A stretch of DNA of 26,024 nt from Candidatus Methylomirabilia bacterium. Lineage in GTDB: Bacteria > Methylomirabilota > Methylomirabilia > Rokubacteriales > CSP1-6. A program made the position numbers and the translations under genes. Below are positions 1 through 8,962 of this stretch, piece by piece. The notes below the pieces were generated by a model that made no database searches, was not told where the DNA came from, and saw nothing but the letters and a program-made list of their open reading frames with translations. How positions within the stretch are numbered: position 1 is the first letter of the stretch; every line of letters starts with the position of its first letter. The stretch is from NCBI GenBank assembly GCA_041492755.1, contig JBGPXN010000058.1, positions 1-26,024 of the forward strand, written 5' to 3'.

Positions 1-393
1 CGTGATCGGAAAGAGCCCGAGCGCGCACACGAGCAGGGCCCCGCGCAGGCTGGGGGGCGCGAGGTAGACGATGGCGGGGAGGGCGACGGCGACGACGATC
101 GCGGTGTAGGTCACCTGTCGCCGCAGCAGCAGGGTCAGGAATCCCTTGGCGACCTCGGGCTCGCCGCGGCCCAGATAGGCGGCCGTGTAGCGCACCGTCG
201 CGACCGCGAAGCCGAGGGTGGCGACGGTGGCCATGACCCGCGACACCCAGAGGATGTAGGAGTAGTCGCCCATGCGCTCGGGGCCGAGGCCGCGGGCCAG
301 GATGACGGACATGAGCAGCCCCGAGCCGAGCCCGAGGAAGGTGACGATGCCGTACCAGACGGTGTTGCGAACCAGCGTTTCGCGGACGGTCAT
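1..393 (-). CDS. Wzx-type polysaccharide flippase, 5' part (runs off the window edge)
   Basis: Manual translation from ATG 393: MTVRETLVRNTVWYGIVTFLGLGSGLLMSVILARGLGPERMGDYSYILW...TLGFAVATVRY. It has the 'ARxLGPxxxG' flippase N-terminal signature and several TM helices. Absent from the ORF track because it has no stop in the window. Confidence 0.85.
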   Translation of the reverse strand, partial: MTVRETLVRNTVWYGIVTFLGLGSGLLMSVILARGLGPERMGDYSYILWVSRVMATVATLGFAVATVRYTAAYLGRGEPEVAKGFLTLLLRRQVTYTAIVVAVALPAIVYLAPPSLRGALLVCALGLFPIT

Positions 394-412
394 GGCGGAC
401 GCACTCGTGCGT

Positions 413-1582
413 TCACGCGGCCCGGTCGGTGGCGATCCGGCTCGTGGGTGCCCACACCGCCTGGGCGCCGCCGCGGAGCCAGCGAAGGACCCCGGCCACT
501 CCGGCCGCGGCCACGACCCAGAAGTAGTACGGCAGGGCGCCCGGTCCCAGTCGCACCCCCGCGCGTTCGGCGGCGAGCCCCAGCGCGGCGAGCGCGTGGA
601 ACCCCGCCTGCCCGGCCAGCGTGACGTCGTAGATCCGGCCGCGGTCGTCGAGCGCGAGATTCGTGAGCAGCATCACGGCGAGCAAGGGCGCCGTCAGCCA
701 GCGAAGCGCGCGATGGGACACGAGCCCCCAGGCCTCACGCCAGCGCCGGGCGGCCACCAGGCGCGGCAGCCATCGGCTCACGAGGTGCACGCCCTGCGCC
801 ACCATCCGCACGTGCCGGCCCCACTCGTGGCCGGAACCCTGGGACGGCGGCTCCACCGTGATCGCATGCGCGTCGAAGCGGCAGCGGTAGCCGGCGAGCG
901 CGGTCTGGATCGGGTGCAAGAGGTCGTTGACCTCGGCGGCGGCGAGGTCGCGATAGAGATCGCGTCGGAGCGCGTAGATCGCGCCGTCCGCGCCCGCCAT
1001 GAACCCGAGCCGGCTTTCCGCCGACTTGAGCGCGGCCTCGTAGCGCACGTAGCCGTTGGCGACCGCGCGGGTGTCGCCGCCCTCGCTCACGGCGTAGAGC
1101 CCCTGGCCGCTCACGAGCCCGACGCTGGGATCCGCGAACGGCGCCGCCAGCCGCTCCAGGGCGTGCGGGGCGAACGCGGCGTTGGCGTCGGTGAAGACGA
1201 GCACGTCGCCGCTGGCCGCGGCCACGCCGCGGTTGAGCGCGAGCGATTTGCCCGCGCGCGGCTCCTGGCGGATCAGGCGGACGCGCGGGTCGCCGCACGC
1301 GCGCACGATGCCGTCCGTGCCGTCGTCCGAGCCGTCGGAGACCACGATGACCTCGAGGCCGTCGACCGGGTCGCGTGGCTCGAGCGTGCTGCGCAGCTTG
1401 GTCGCGATGGTCGCGGCCTCGTTGTACGCGGAGATCACCACCGACAGCCGCGGCCGTTGGCCCTGAGCGCGCGGCGGCCGGCGGGTGGTGAGGCCGGCGA
1501 GCCGCAGCAGCAACGGATAGCCGGCATACGTGTACGTCACCGTGGCCGTCGCCGCCCAGAAAAGGATCTCGAGGCCGGTCAT
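413..1582 (-). CDS. Glycosyltransferase family 2 (GT-A fold, membrane-anchored)
   Basis: SVVISAYNEA, VSDGSDDGT, GKSLALN, FTDAN (DxD-like), GADGAIYALR; N- and C-terminal TM segments; ATGA overlap with the upstream GT4. Confidence 0.92.
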   Translation of the reverse strand: MTGLEILFWAATATVTYTYAGYPLLLRLAGLTTRRPPRAQGQRPRLSVVISAYNEAATIATKLRSTLEPRDPVDGLEVIVVSDGSDDGTDGIVRACGDPRVRLIRQEPRAGKSLALNRGVAAASGDVLVFTDANAAFAPHALERLAAPFADPSVGLVSGQGLYAVSEGGDTRAVANGYVRYEAALKSAESRLGFMAGADGAIYALRRDLYRDLAAAEVNDLLHPIQTALAGYRCRFDAHAITVEPPSQGSGHEWGRHVRMVAQGVHLVSRWLPRLVAARRWREAWGLVSHRALRWLTAPLLAVMLLTNLALDDRGRIYDVTLAGQAGFHALAALGLAAERAGVRLGPGALPYYFWVVAAAGVAGVLRWLRGGAQAVWAPTSRIATDRAA

Positions 1583-2703
1583 CGGGCGGCGACCTCCCGA
1601 TAGATGCGCGCCGTGGCTTCGACCTGACGATCGACGCCGAACTGCTCCACGGCGAACGCGCGGGCCGCGCGGCCCATCGCCGCGGCGTGCTCGGGACGGC
1701 TCAGCAGCTCGACGAGCGCGTGGCTCAGCGCGGCCGGATCGGCGGGGGGCACGAGGCGGCCGGTCTCACGGTCGCGGACGACTTCCACCGTGCCGTCGAC
1801 CGCGGTGGCGACGACGGGCCGCGCCGCCGCCGCCGCCTCGATGACCGTGAGCGGCATGCCTTCGTGCAGCGAGGGCAGCGCGACCACGTCCATCGCGTCC
1901 AGCATGCGGGGCACGTCCGCGCGGAAGCCCGCGAAGAGCACGGATGCCGCCACACCGGCGGCGCGCGCCTGCGCCTCGAGCGGAGCGCGCAGGCTGCCGT
2001 CACCGACGAGCAGCAGCCGCGCGTCGGGCCGCGCGCGGACCACGGCGGGCCACGCGTCGAGCAGGTACGTGTGGCCTTTCTGCGCCTCGAGCCGCCCGAC
2101 CACGCCGACCAGGGGCGTGTGGCGATCGAGGCCGAGCTCCTTGCGGACGGCGTCACGGCTGCCGCCGGCCGCGTACACGGACAGGTCGCGCCCGTTCGGC
2201 ACGACGACCACCTTGCCGGCCGGGTAGCCCTTGCCGTGCACCAGGAAGTCGCGCGCGGCGGCCGAGACGGCGATGACGCGATCGACGAAGCGCACGACCA
2301 GGCGATCGACGGCGAACCGCCCGTTCAGCGGGCCTTGCCGCCACGCCTCGCGTCCATGGTAGGTCTCGACGACGGCCGGCACGCGACAGACGCGCGCGAG
2401 CGGTGCGGCGACGAACACCGAGCGGAACAGATGCGGGTTCACGACGTCGGGACGGAAGTGTCGGATGAACCCGGCGAGCTGCCGGACCTGCGTGATCGCG
2501 CGCCAGCTCTCCGGCGCGGCGTCGGTCGTCTCCACCGCCACGCAGCTCAGGTCGGGCGCCAGCGCGTCCAGCAGTGGCCGCGGCGCGGCCAGCGCGAGCC
2601 GGAACTCGCCGGGATCGAGGCGACGCAGCAGGGCGAGCACGACTTCCTCCACGCCGCCGCGGACCGGCGAGGTCAGGACGAAGAGCAGGCGCACCTGTTT
2701 CAT
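1579..2703 (-). CDS. Glycosyltransferase family 4 (GT-B)
   Basis: Start re-assigned to ATG 2703 (MKQVRLLFVLTSPVRGGVEE), which overlaps the upstream stop (ATGA). Motifs VGRLEAQKGH and SLHEGMPLTVIEA (E-x7-E). The track's extension to 3768 overlaps another gene. Confidence 0.92.
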   Translation of the reverse strand: MKQVRLLFVLTSPVRGGVEEVVLALLRRLDPGEFRLALAAPRPLLDALAPDLSCVAVETTDAAPESWRAITQVRQLAGFIRHFRPDVVNPHLFRSVFVAAPLARVCRVPAVVETYHGREAWRQGPLNGRFAVDRLVVRFVDRVIAVSAAARDFLVHGKGYPAGKVVVVPNGRDLSVYAAGGSRDAVRKELGLDRHTPLVGVVGRLEAQKGHTYLLDAWPAVVRARPDARLLLVGDGSLRAPLEAQARAAGVAASVLFAGFRADVPRMLDAMDVVALPSLHEGMPLTVIEAAAAARPVVATAVDGTVEVVRDRETGRLVPPADPAALSHALVELLSRPEHAAAMGRAARAFAVEQFGVDRQVEATARIYREVAAR

Positions 2704-3866
2704 GCCGCGGCGGCCTCGGGGGCGGCCACGCCCAGGTCGTCCATGACGGCGCCGTGCACGCCGGTGATGTGATTGACGCCCCGATCGACGGGCACGGTGG
2801 CGAGGAGCACGGCGTCCGCGGTCGGCTCGCTCGGGTGATAGCCGTGCATGCCGGCGAAGCGGGCGGTGCCCATGTCGCTCGGCGAGAGCAGCATGCCCGG
2901 GCGCATCAGGAAGAGGAGCTGGTAGTAGCGATCGTCCTGGAACCACACGCCCAGGCGCTCGAGCTCGCGCTCGTCGAGCAGGCTGCCGCACGGATGCGCG
3001 GTCAGCAGCTCCGTGATCTTGGCCCGCGCGCGGTCCGAGAATGCCCAGAAGCGCGCCATCGTCGAGTCGTACGCGGGCAGGTAATCGTCGGGGATGCGCA
3101 GGCCGAGCGTCGCCACGTCGCGCCGCAGGTCGTACGTCCAGCGGATCGGCGTCATGCCGTGGTCCGAGAAGATGAACATCCGCACGTCCTCGCGGCTGGC
3201 CCGCGCGGCCTCGTACACCCGGCGCAGGCCCGCTTCGTACCAGTCGAGCTGCGCCGCCACGCCGGCCCGATCGTGGATGTTCCAGTGCAGGTAGTGGTCG
3301 AGACCGGCGAGATAGAGGAAGAGCACGCGCAGCTCGGGGTCCGCGGTCCGTCCCGGCGCCAGCTCGAGGATCCGGGCGTCGGAGTGCGTGTGATAGTTGT
3401 ACGCCTCCCAGCGGATGCCCTCGGACTGAAAGGTGTCGAACATCGACGGACAATCGAGACCACCCGGCGCGTAGATGTTCCGCTTCTCGGTGAGATCGAA
3501 GTGGGGCAGGTGCGCGACCGGGTAGTCGTAGATCGAGAAGTACCCGCCGTAGCGACTGAGCTTCCGCGACACGTGCTTGACCACCCGGCGCGTGACCGGG
3601 TTCTCCACGAACGAACGCGGCGCCATGCGCAGCGCCCGCGTCCAGCCGAAGGGCGACGTCGCCGGCGCCCTGTAAAACAGATTCCAGTGCCCATGCTGGC
3701 TCGGGTACCGCCCGGACAGCAAACTGGGAATCGCCCCCGAGCTGTAGCCCAGGATCGTCACCAGCCACCGCTTCTCAACGAGCACATCGTCGAGAAACCG
3801 CCGTTCCTTGATCAGCTCCCACCCCAGCGCATCCACCAGCACATAGATCGAAAGCGGAGACTTCAT
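2700..3866 (-). CDS. Alkaline phosphatase superfamily / type I phosphodiesterase-nucleotide pyrophosphatase-like protein
   Basis: VLVDALG (metal Asp), GYSSGAIPSLLSG (Ser nucleophile region), LDHYLH, FSDHGM, GMHGY; RBS AGGAGT at 3871-3876; no signal peptide. Confidence 0.88.
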   Translation of the reverse strand: MKSPLSIYVLVDALGWELIKERRFLDDVLVEKRWLVTILGYSSGAIPSLLSGRYPSQHGHWNLFYRAPATSPFGWTRALRMAPRSFVENPVTRRVVKHVSRKLSRYGGYFSIYDYPVAHLPHFDLTEKRNIYAPGGLDCPSMFDTFQSEGIRWEAYNYHTHSDARILELAPGRTADPELRVLFLYLAGLDHYLHWNIHDRAGVAAQLDWYEAGLRRVYEAARASREDVRMFIFSDHGMTPIRWTYDLRRDVATLGLRIPDDYLPAYDSTMARFWAFSDRARAKITELLTAHPCGSLLDERELERLGVWFQDDRYYQLLFLMRPGMLLSPSDMGTARFAGMHGYHPSEPTADAVLLATVPVDRGVNHITGVHGAVMDDLGVAAPEAAAA

Positions 3867-3898
3867 GCCGACTCCTTATATTTTTCGGATGACTGGTG

Positions 3899-4022
3899 CA
3901 GGCCCATCAAAACGATGCAGATGCGAGGCGGCGACTGAGACGACGACTGAGGCGTACTCCGAGTACGCCGCAGGGAGGAGCGAAGGAGCCAACGAAGCAG
4001 ATGCGTCGTTTTCATCGGCCTG
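3899..4022. mobile_element. MITE-like palindromic element (~124 bp)
   Basis: Terminal inverted repeats 3899-3924 and 3997-4022 (CAGGCCCATCAAAACGATGCAGATGC vs CAGGCCGATGAAAACGACGCATCTGC, 21/26). Central perfect palindrome GGCGTACTC-C-GAGTACGCC (3951-3969). Lies next to the CTAG that contains the upstream stop codon. Confidence 0.65.
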
Positions 4023-4023
4023 A

Positions 4024-5256
4024 CTAGCTGTTGCGGATGCACCATCGCCAGAGGGCGACGATCGTTTTGCGCCGCTCGTCGTCCGTCGTCGGCACCCGCC
4101 GGCGGCCCATGGGGAGCAGCGTGGTGATCGTTCGCGCGTGCGCGTTGGGTTCGATGAGGTCGAGATACGCGAGCGTGGCCGCCGCGTACAGGAGCACGCG
4201 CGGGGTCGACGCCCAGAAGAGTCGCGCCCCGCGCAGCGGGCTGACCGGCACCGGTGCGGGCAGGGTGTTCAATGCGAGCTTGGCCCACTCCCAGATCCGG
4301 CGCCCCAATGCGGGCGCTGGCAGGTAACGGCGGAGGAGGCTCGGCAGGTCGCCCTGAACCCCGAGGAGCTGACCGAGCTCCCAGCGGAGCACGGCGGTCG
4401 TGGCCGGGATGGCGGCGCGAATCTCGTGCTGGATCCACGCACGGATTTCTTTTGCCGGCGCGCCGGCGACCGTGGCCAGGAGCTGGCCTTCCTCCGGGGT
4501 GAGCTTGGTCCGAGCGGCAGCGGCCACCGCGCCGTCGAAGCCGCGCGGGAGCAGCCGCGCGAGCGAGGGCGTCTCCGCGAGGAGATTGGCGAAGGCCCCG
4601 GGACGCCGGCCGTACGACGACTCGTGCGTCCCCGCGAAGGCGAGCGCGGAGCCCGCGATGTCGAGCAGGAGCTTGAGCCGCTGGTACGCGGCCGCGAGGA
4701 GCCCGTCGTCGCGAAGCGTTTCGACACGGTCATACGCCTCGAGCTGCTCGACGGTACGGTTGAACAGGAGGTTGAGCGCGTCCTCGGGGGGGATCGCGTC
4801 CGCGCCAAAGGGCGCGACGGCGTCGAGAACGTCGGGCGGCCCCCACAGCACCTTGCCGTGGGTCCGGAGGTCGTGGACGAAGATCGATGGTGCCGCGCGC
4901 TCGAGGTAGCGGACTTCGACCGGACCGAACTCGAGCTCGACCCGCACGTCGCTCGCCCCGATGGTGGCGCTCGCCTCACGGCTCCATTCGGCGAATTGCC
5001 GGCGCAGCCGCCGGTAATCCACCACGGTGGCGAGCAGCACGAACAGCTCGATGTCGCCGAGCACGCGCAGGTGTCGGCCCACCGGCAGCACGGTGCCCTC
5101 GCCCCGCGCAAAGCTGCCCATGAGCACGATGCCGACGAGCCGCGGGCGCGGCACGCGCTGGGTGATGAAGGCCACACACGCCTCCAGCACCTGGCGGATC
5201 CGCTCCTCGTGAGCGGGCTCCCGGCACAGCGGGAAGGCGAGGTTGGCGAGCGTCAT
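4024..5256 (-). CDS. Pol-beta-superfamily nucleotidyltransferase-like protein with helical C-terminal domain
   Basis: Start re-assigned to ATG 5256 (MTLANLAFPLC; ATGA overlap with the udk stop). IVLMGSFARGEG...GDIELFV matches the hGS...DhD/E NTase motif. Confidence 0.7.
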   Translation of the reverse strand: MTLANLAFPLCREPAHEERIRQVLEACVAFITQRVPRPRLVGIVLMGSFARGEGTVLPVGRHLRVLGDIELFVLLATVVDYRRLRRQFAEWSREASATIGASDVRVELEFGPVEVRYLERAAPSIFVHDLRTHGKVLWGPPDVLDAVAPFGADAIPPEDALNLLFNRTVEQLEAYDRVETLRDDGLLAAAYQRLKLLLDIAGSALAFAGTHESSYGRRPGAFANLLAETPSLARLLPRGFDGAVAAAARTKLTPEEGQLLATVAGAPAKEIRAWIQHEIRAAIPATTAVLRWELGQLLGVQGDLPSLLRRYLPAPALGRRIWEWAKLALNTLPAPVPVSPLRGARLFWASTPRVLLYAAATLAYLDLIEPNAHARTITTLLPMGRRRVPTTDDERRKTIVALWRWCIRNS

Positions 5257-5909
5257 GATTCGGCCCCCCGCTGCCGAAGCGCGAGGTCGATGGCCCCGAT
5301 GGCACGCTCGACGACGGACTCGAGCGCGCCCGTGTTGTCGAGGACGAGGTCGGCGCGCGCGCGCGTCGGCTCCACGAAGCGGGTGTGTGCCGGCAGCACG
5401 GTGGCCCGGCACTGTGCCAGCACCTCGTCGGCCTGCCGGCCGCGCTCGGCGACGTCGCGCGCGAGGCGACGCGCCAGCCGAACCCTCTCCGGCGCATCGA
5501 CGAAGATGCGGAGATCCAGACTCGCGCGTACGTCCGGGTCGTGAAACAGCAGCAACCCCTCCACGATGACGACTGGGCGCGGCCGCATCGGCGGCGCGGC
5601 GCCCTGGCGCCGGTGCGTGACGAAACAGTAGACGGGCGGGCGCACGGCCTTGCCCCGTCGCAAGCGTGCGAGGTGATCGAGGAACAGCTCGCGGTCGAGC
5701 GCTCCGGGCGCGTCGAAGTCGAGCGCCGCGCGGGCCTGGGGCGCGAGATCGCCGCGGTCGTGATAGTAGGCGTCCTGGGCCAGGATCGCGGCCCGCGCCG
5801 ACCCCAGCGCGTCCGCCGCCGCCCGGGCCAGGGCGGTCTTGCCGCTGCCGCTGCCGCCCGCGATGCCGACGAGCAGCGGGATCCGCGGCGCGTGGCGGAT
5901 CGCGCTCAT
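5253..5909 (-). CDS. udk: Uridine/cytidine kinase
   Basis: Start ATG 5909 (MSAIRHAPRIPLLVGIAGGSGSGKT); QDAYY, DFDAP, PVYxFVTHRR, IVEGLL, RRLARDVAERGR, FVEPT; ATGA overlaps at both ends. Confidence 0.9.
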   Translation of the reverse strand: MSAIRHAPRIPLLVGIAGGSGSGKTALARAAADALGSARAAILAQDAYYHDRGDLAPQARAALDFDAPGALDRELFLDHLARLRRGKAVRPPVYCFVTHRRQGAAPPMRPRPVVIVEGLLLFHDPDVRASLDLRIFVDAPERVRLARRLARDVAERGRQADEVLAQCRATVLPAHTRFVEPTRARADLVLDNTGALESVVERAIGAIDLALRQRGAES

Positions 5910-7081
5910 GCCGAGAGTCGCGCGGCGCCGGCCGGGCCCGCGGCCTGCCGCAGGACGGCTTCGTAGCGGGCGGCCACCGCCGTCCACGTGTACCGCTGCT
6001 CCACCAGCCGCCGCGCGTTCTCGGCCAGGCGATCGGCGAGCGCCGGCTCGTGCAGGAGCCGCTGCACGGCGGCCGCGATGTCGTCGTCGGAGTCGGCGTG
6101 CAGCAGGTCGCTGCCGGGCACGACGTCGAGCCCGGACAGACTGTGGCTCGTGGCCACGATCGGCGTTCCCAGCGCCATCGCTTCGAGGATCTTGTTCTTG
6201 ACGCCGAAGCCGGCCCGCAGCGGGCTGACGTACACGGCCGCGCTCCAGATGCTCGGACGCAGGTCCGGCACGGTCCCGGTCACGCGCACGCCCGGAATCG
6301 CGGCGAGCGCGCGCACCGCCGGCACGGGATCGGCGCCGGCCAGGATGAACTCGGCGGTGGGCCACTGACGCCGGAGGAGCGGGAAGATCGTGGTGGCGAA
6401 GCGCCGGGCGGCGTCGACGTTGGGCGCCCACGAGAAGTTGCCGGTGAACACGATGCGCCCGGGCCGGCCGCTGCGGCGGAACTCGTGGTGGGTGACGTCG
6501 ATGCCGTTGGAAACGACGTGCACACGCGCCGTGCCCAGCGACGTCGCGACTTCGGCGCGATCGTCCTCGGAGAGCACGACGCAGGCATCGGCGGCCGGCA
6601 GCCACCGCCGCTCCCACGCCGCCTCCTCCCGCTCGGTCAGCCGCGCGCGCAGCCAGCTCCACGGCGTGCGGGCGAGCCGCCGGAACTCGCGGGCGCGGAG
6701 CGCGCCCGAATCGTGGATGCCGATCACGGTCGGGATCCCGCCCGGGCGGGCGAGCGGCGCGGGGCCGGCGCCTTCGATGTGGACCACGTCCGGCCCAAAC
6801 TTATCGATCACGCGATCGAGCGCGGCGCGGGCGCGCTCGACGTCGGCCGAGGGCTCCGACGTCCAGCGTTGCTGCCAGCGCAGGGGCGGCAGCGTTTCCA
6901 TCACCTCGCAGTAGGGCGCGGCCCACTGGCGCTGCTCCGGCGTGTCCGCGACGGCGTGGCCGCTCACGAGCGCGAGGCGGTGACGGCCGGACAGCTCGCG
7001 CAGCAGGTGCGCGGGCACCAGGCGAAAGCCGTCGTGACAGGGCAGGTACGGCGTCAGCTGGGACACCATCAGGATACGCAT
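5906..7081 (-). CDS. Glycosyltransferase family 4 (PEP-CTERM/EpsH-associated-like)
   Basis: Start ATG 7081 (MRILMVSQLTPYLP) with RBS GAGGGA; FTGNFSWAPNVDA, VTGTVPDLRP, GVKNKILEAMALG. Confidence 0.9.
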   Translation of the reverse strand: MRILMVSQLTPYLPCHDGFRLVPAHLLRELSGRHRLALVSGHAVADTPEQRQWAAPYCEVMETLPPLRWQQRWTSEPSADVERARAALDRVIDKFGPDVVHIEGAGPAPLARPGGIPTVIGIHDSGALRAREFRRLARTPWSWLRARLTEREEAAWERRWLPAADACVVLSEDDRAEVATSLGTARVHVVSNGIDVTHHEFRRSGRPGRIVFTGNFSWAPNVDAARRFATTIFPLLRRQWPTAEFILAGADPVPAVRALAAIPGVRVTGTVPDLRPSIWSAAVYVSPLRAGFGVKNKILEAMALGTPIVATSHSLSGLDVVPGSDLLHADSDDDIAAAVQRLLHEPALADRLAENARRLVEQRYTWTAVAARYEAVLRQAAGPAGAARLSA

Positions 7082-7133
7082 GCGGCTTCCCTCGCGATCC
7101 CCTCGTCGCGTCGGTCGGCGCTCGCCATGGAGG

Positions 7134-8018
7134 CTACGAGGCGGCGGCGACGGGTAGGGACGGCGGCCGAACCTGGGCGAATGCGGCCGCGATCGACGTG
7201 AACCGAAAGCTCGCGAGCAGGCCGCGCAGTCGCCCTTCCGCGCGTCCCAGCCCCACGTAGTGCCGGAAGCGATGCGGCCACGACATCGGCAGCCGAGGCT
7301 GTTCCGGATCGAACTCCCATGGGTGCACGTAGAAGACCAGCGGATGACCGTCGGCGCGGTTGACGCTCGCGATGGCCGCTCGCAGCAGCGGCAGCGGGAA
7401 CAGACGAAAGAAGCCGCCGCCGACGGGCAGGTTGGTGCCGGCGAAGCGGGCGGTGCCCACCGGGACCTCCCACAGCCGCGTCTGCCCCCGCGCCAGCGCC
7501 ACGTGCGGGAAGCGCGGCGCGTCGGGGTGGCCGTACCGATCGTGGGCGATCGGGTGGACGCTCGAGTCGTAGCGGTAGCCCTCTTCCGCGAGGATGGTGA
7601 GCGCCCACGGCGTATCGCTCCGGATCGAGTAGACGGGCGCGCGGTAGCCGTGCACCGCCTCCCCGGCGGCCTGCTCGAGGGCGAGCTTGGAGCGCCGCAC
7701 GTCGCGACGGAACCGCTCCGCGCCGAGGGCGAACACCGGCGTGTGGTCCCAGCCGTGGGACGCCAGCTCGTGACCGCGCTCGGTGATCGTGCGCACGAGG
7801 CGCGGGAACCGGCGCGCCACCGTCCCGAGCGTGAAGAACGTGCCGCGCGCGCCGTGCGCGTCCAGCACCTCGAGCAGCCGCTCCGTCTGGGCGACCACGC
7901 GGCTGGGGAGGCGCGCCCCGCCGTCACGGCCGGCCGCGTGGCCGACCTCGACGGCGTGGTAGTACTCCTCCACGTCGACGGTCAGAACGTTGACGACGGG
8001 AGCGAACTCAGGCGGCAC
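7134..8018 (-). CDS. Polysaccharide deacetylase (CE4/NodB; XrtA-system/DUF3473-like)
   Basis: LTVDVEEYYH, TFFTLG, HELASHGWDH, GYRAP, YDSS, GGGFFRLFP, FYVHPWEFDP; GTG start with GGAG RBS. Confidence 0.92.
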   Translation of the reverse strand: MPPEFAPVVNVLTVDVEEYYHAVEVGHAAGRDGGARLPSRVVAQTERLLEVLDAHGARGTFFTLGTVARRFPRLVRTITERGHELASHGWDHTPVFALGAERFRRDVRRSKLALEQAAGEAVHGYRAPVYSIRSDTPWALTILAEEGYRYDSSVHPIAHDRYGHPDAPRFPHVALARGQTRLWEVPVGTARFAGTNLPVGGGFFRLFPLPLLRAAIASVNRADGHPLVFYVHPWEFDPEQPRLPMSWPHRFRHYVGLGRAEGRLRGLLASFRFTSIAAAFAQVRPPSLPVAAAS

Positions 8019-8949
8019 GCATGGCTCCGAGCGGTCGGCCGAGGTAGCCCCGCCAGCGGGCGCCGTCGCCGCGGCCGGTCAGCCCGGCCGTACGCTCGTC
8101 GTCGTTGAAGATCAGTCCCAGCACGCGCGGCGTGCCCACCGCCTGGACGCTGTCGCGCACCAGCTCGCGCGGCGTCTGGTTGGCGCGCACCACGAGCACG
8201 AAGCCGTCGACGACGTCTTTCAGGATGCCCACGTCGGGGAACGGGTGCACCGGCGGCGTGTCCACGACCACGAAGTCGAAGCGCTCGCGCAGCGCGGCCA
8301 GCAGCGCGCGCAGCCGCGGCGCTTTCAGCAGCTCGTAGGGCATCGAGGACGGCGGCCCGGCGGACACGACCGCGAAGCCGATGCCGGCCGGGCGCTCGAT
8401 GACCTCCTCCACGCTCATGGCGGGGTCGAGCAGATAGCCCGACAACCCGCGGGCGGCCGGGACGCCCAGGTAGCCCGCCATCCGCGGATGGCGGAGATCC
8501 ATCTCGACCAGCACCACGCGCGCGTCCGGCGACTGCGCGAGCGCGCCGGCCAGATTGATCGCGGTCGTCGTCTTGCCGTCACCGCGTCCGGGACTCGAGA
8601 TGGCGACGACGTGCACGTCTCGCTCGCGGCGCACGTTTTCGATGTGCAGGCGCGCGGTGCGGTACTGCTCGGCCGCATAGCTCGTCGGCTCGAGCAGGCT
8701 CACGAGGTGGTCGTCGAGCCGGCCCGGCTCGCTGACGGCGGGGTCGAGCACGCCCGGGAAGGCGCCCGTGTGCGCCCGCGCGTGCCGCGAGAGCGGCGAA
8801 CCGTAGGCGGACGCCGCGCGCGCGGCGACGGGTTCGGCGGCCGGGAGCGCGGGATGCCGCTCGGGCGCCGAGGGGGCGGGCGGCTCCCGGTCGGCTTCGA
8901 GACGTCGCTCTCGATCCGCGGTTTCCAGGGCCTTGAAGAACTTGCTCAT
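8008..8949 (-). CDS. CpsD/CapB family BY-kinase (polysaccharide tyrosine kinase, stand-alone)
   Basis: AEQYR, Walker A SSPGRGDGKTT, A' VEMDLRHP, Walker B VVVDTPP, VLGLIFN. Confidence 0.9.
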   Translation of the reverse strand: MSKFFKALETADRERRLEADREPPAPSAPERHPALPAAEPVAARAASAYGSPLSRHARAHTGAFPGVLDPAVSEPGRLDDHLVSLLEPTSYAAEQYRTARLHIENVRRERDVHVVAISSPGRGDGKTTTAINLAGALAQSPDARVVLVEMDLRHPRMAGYLGVPAARGLSGYLLDPAMSVEEVIERPAGIGFAVVSAGPPSSMPYELLKAPRLRALLAALRERFDFVVVDTPPVHPFPDVGILKDVVDGFVLVVRANQTPRELVRDSVQAVGTPRVLGLIFNDDERTAGLTGRGDGARWRGYLGRPLGAMRAA

Positions 8950-8962
8950 GAAACGTCCTCCC

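Noticed and set aside
4024..5256. NTase as a CBASS cyclase or MNT-HEPN toxin-antitoxin component
   Set aside because: Translationally coupled within an EPS operon, with no effector, Cap or HEPN RNase partner seen.
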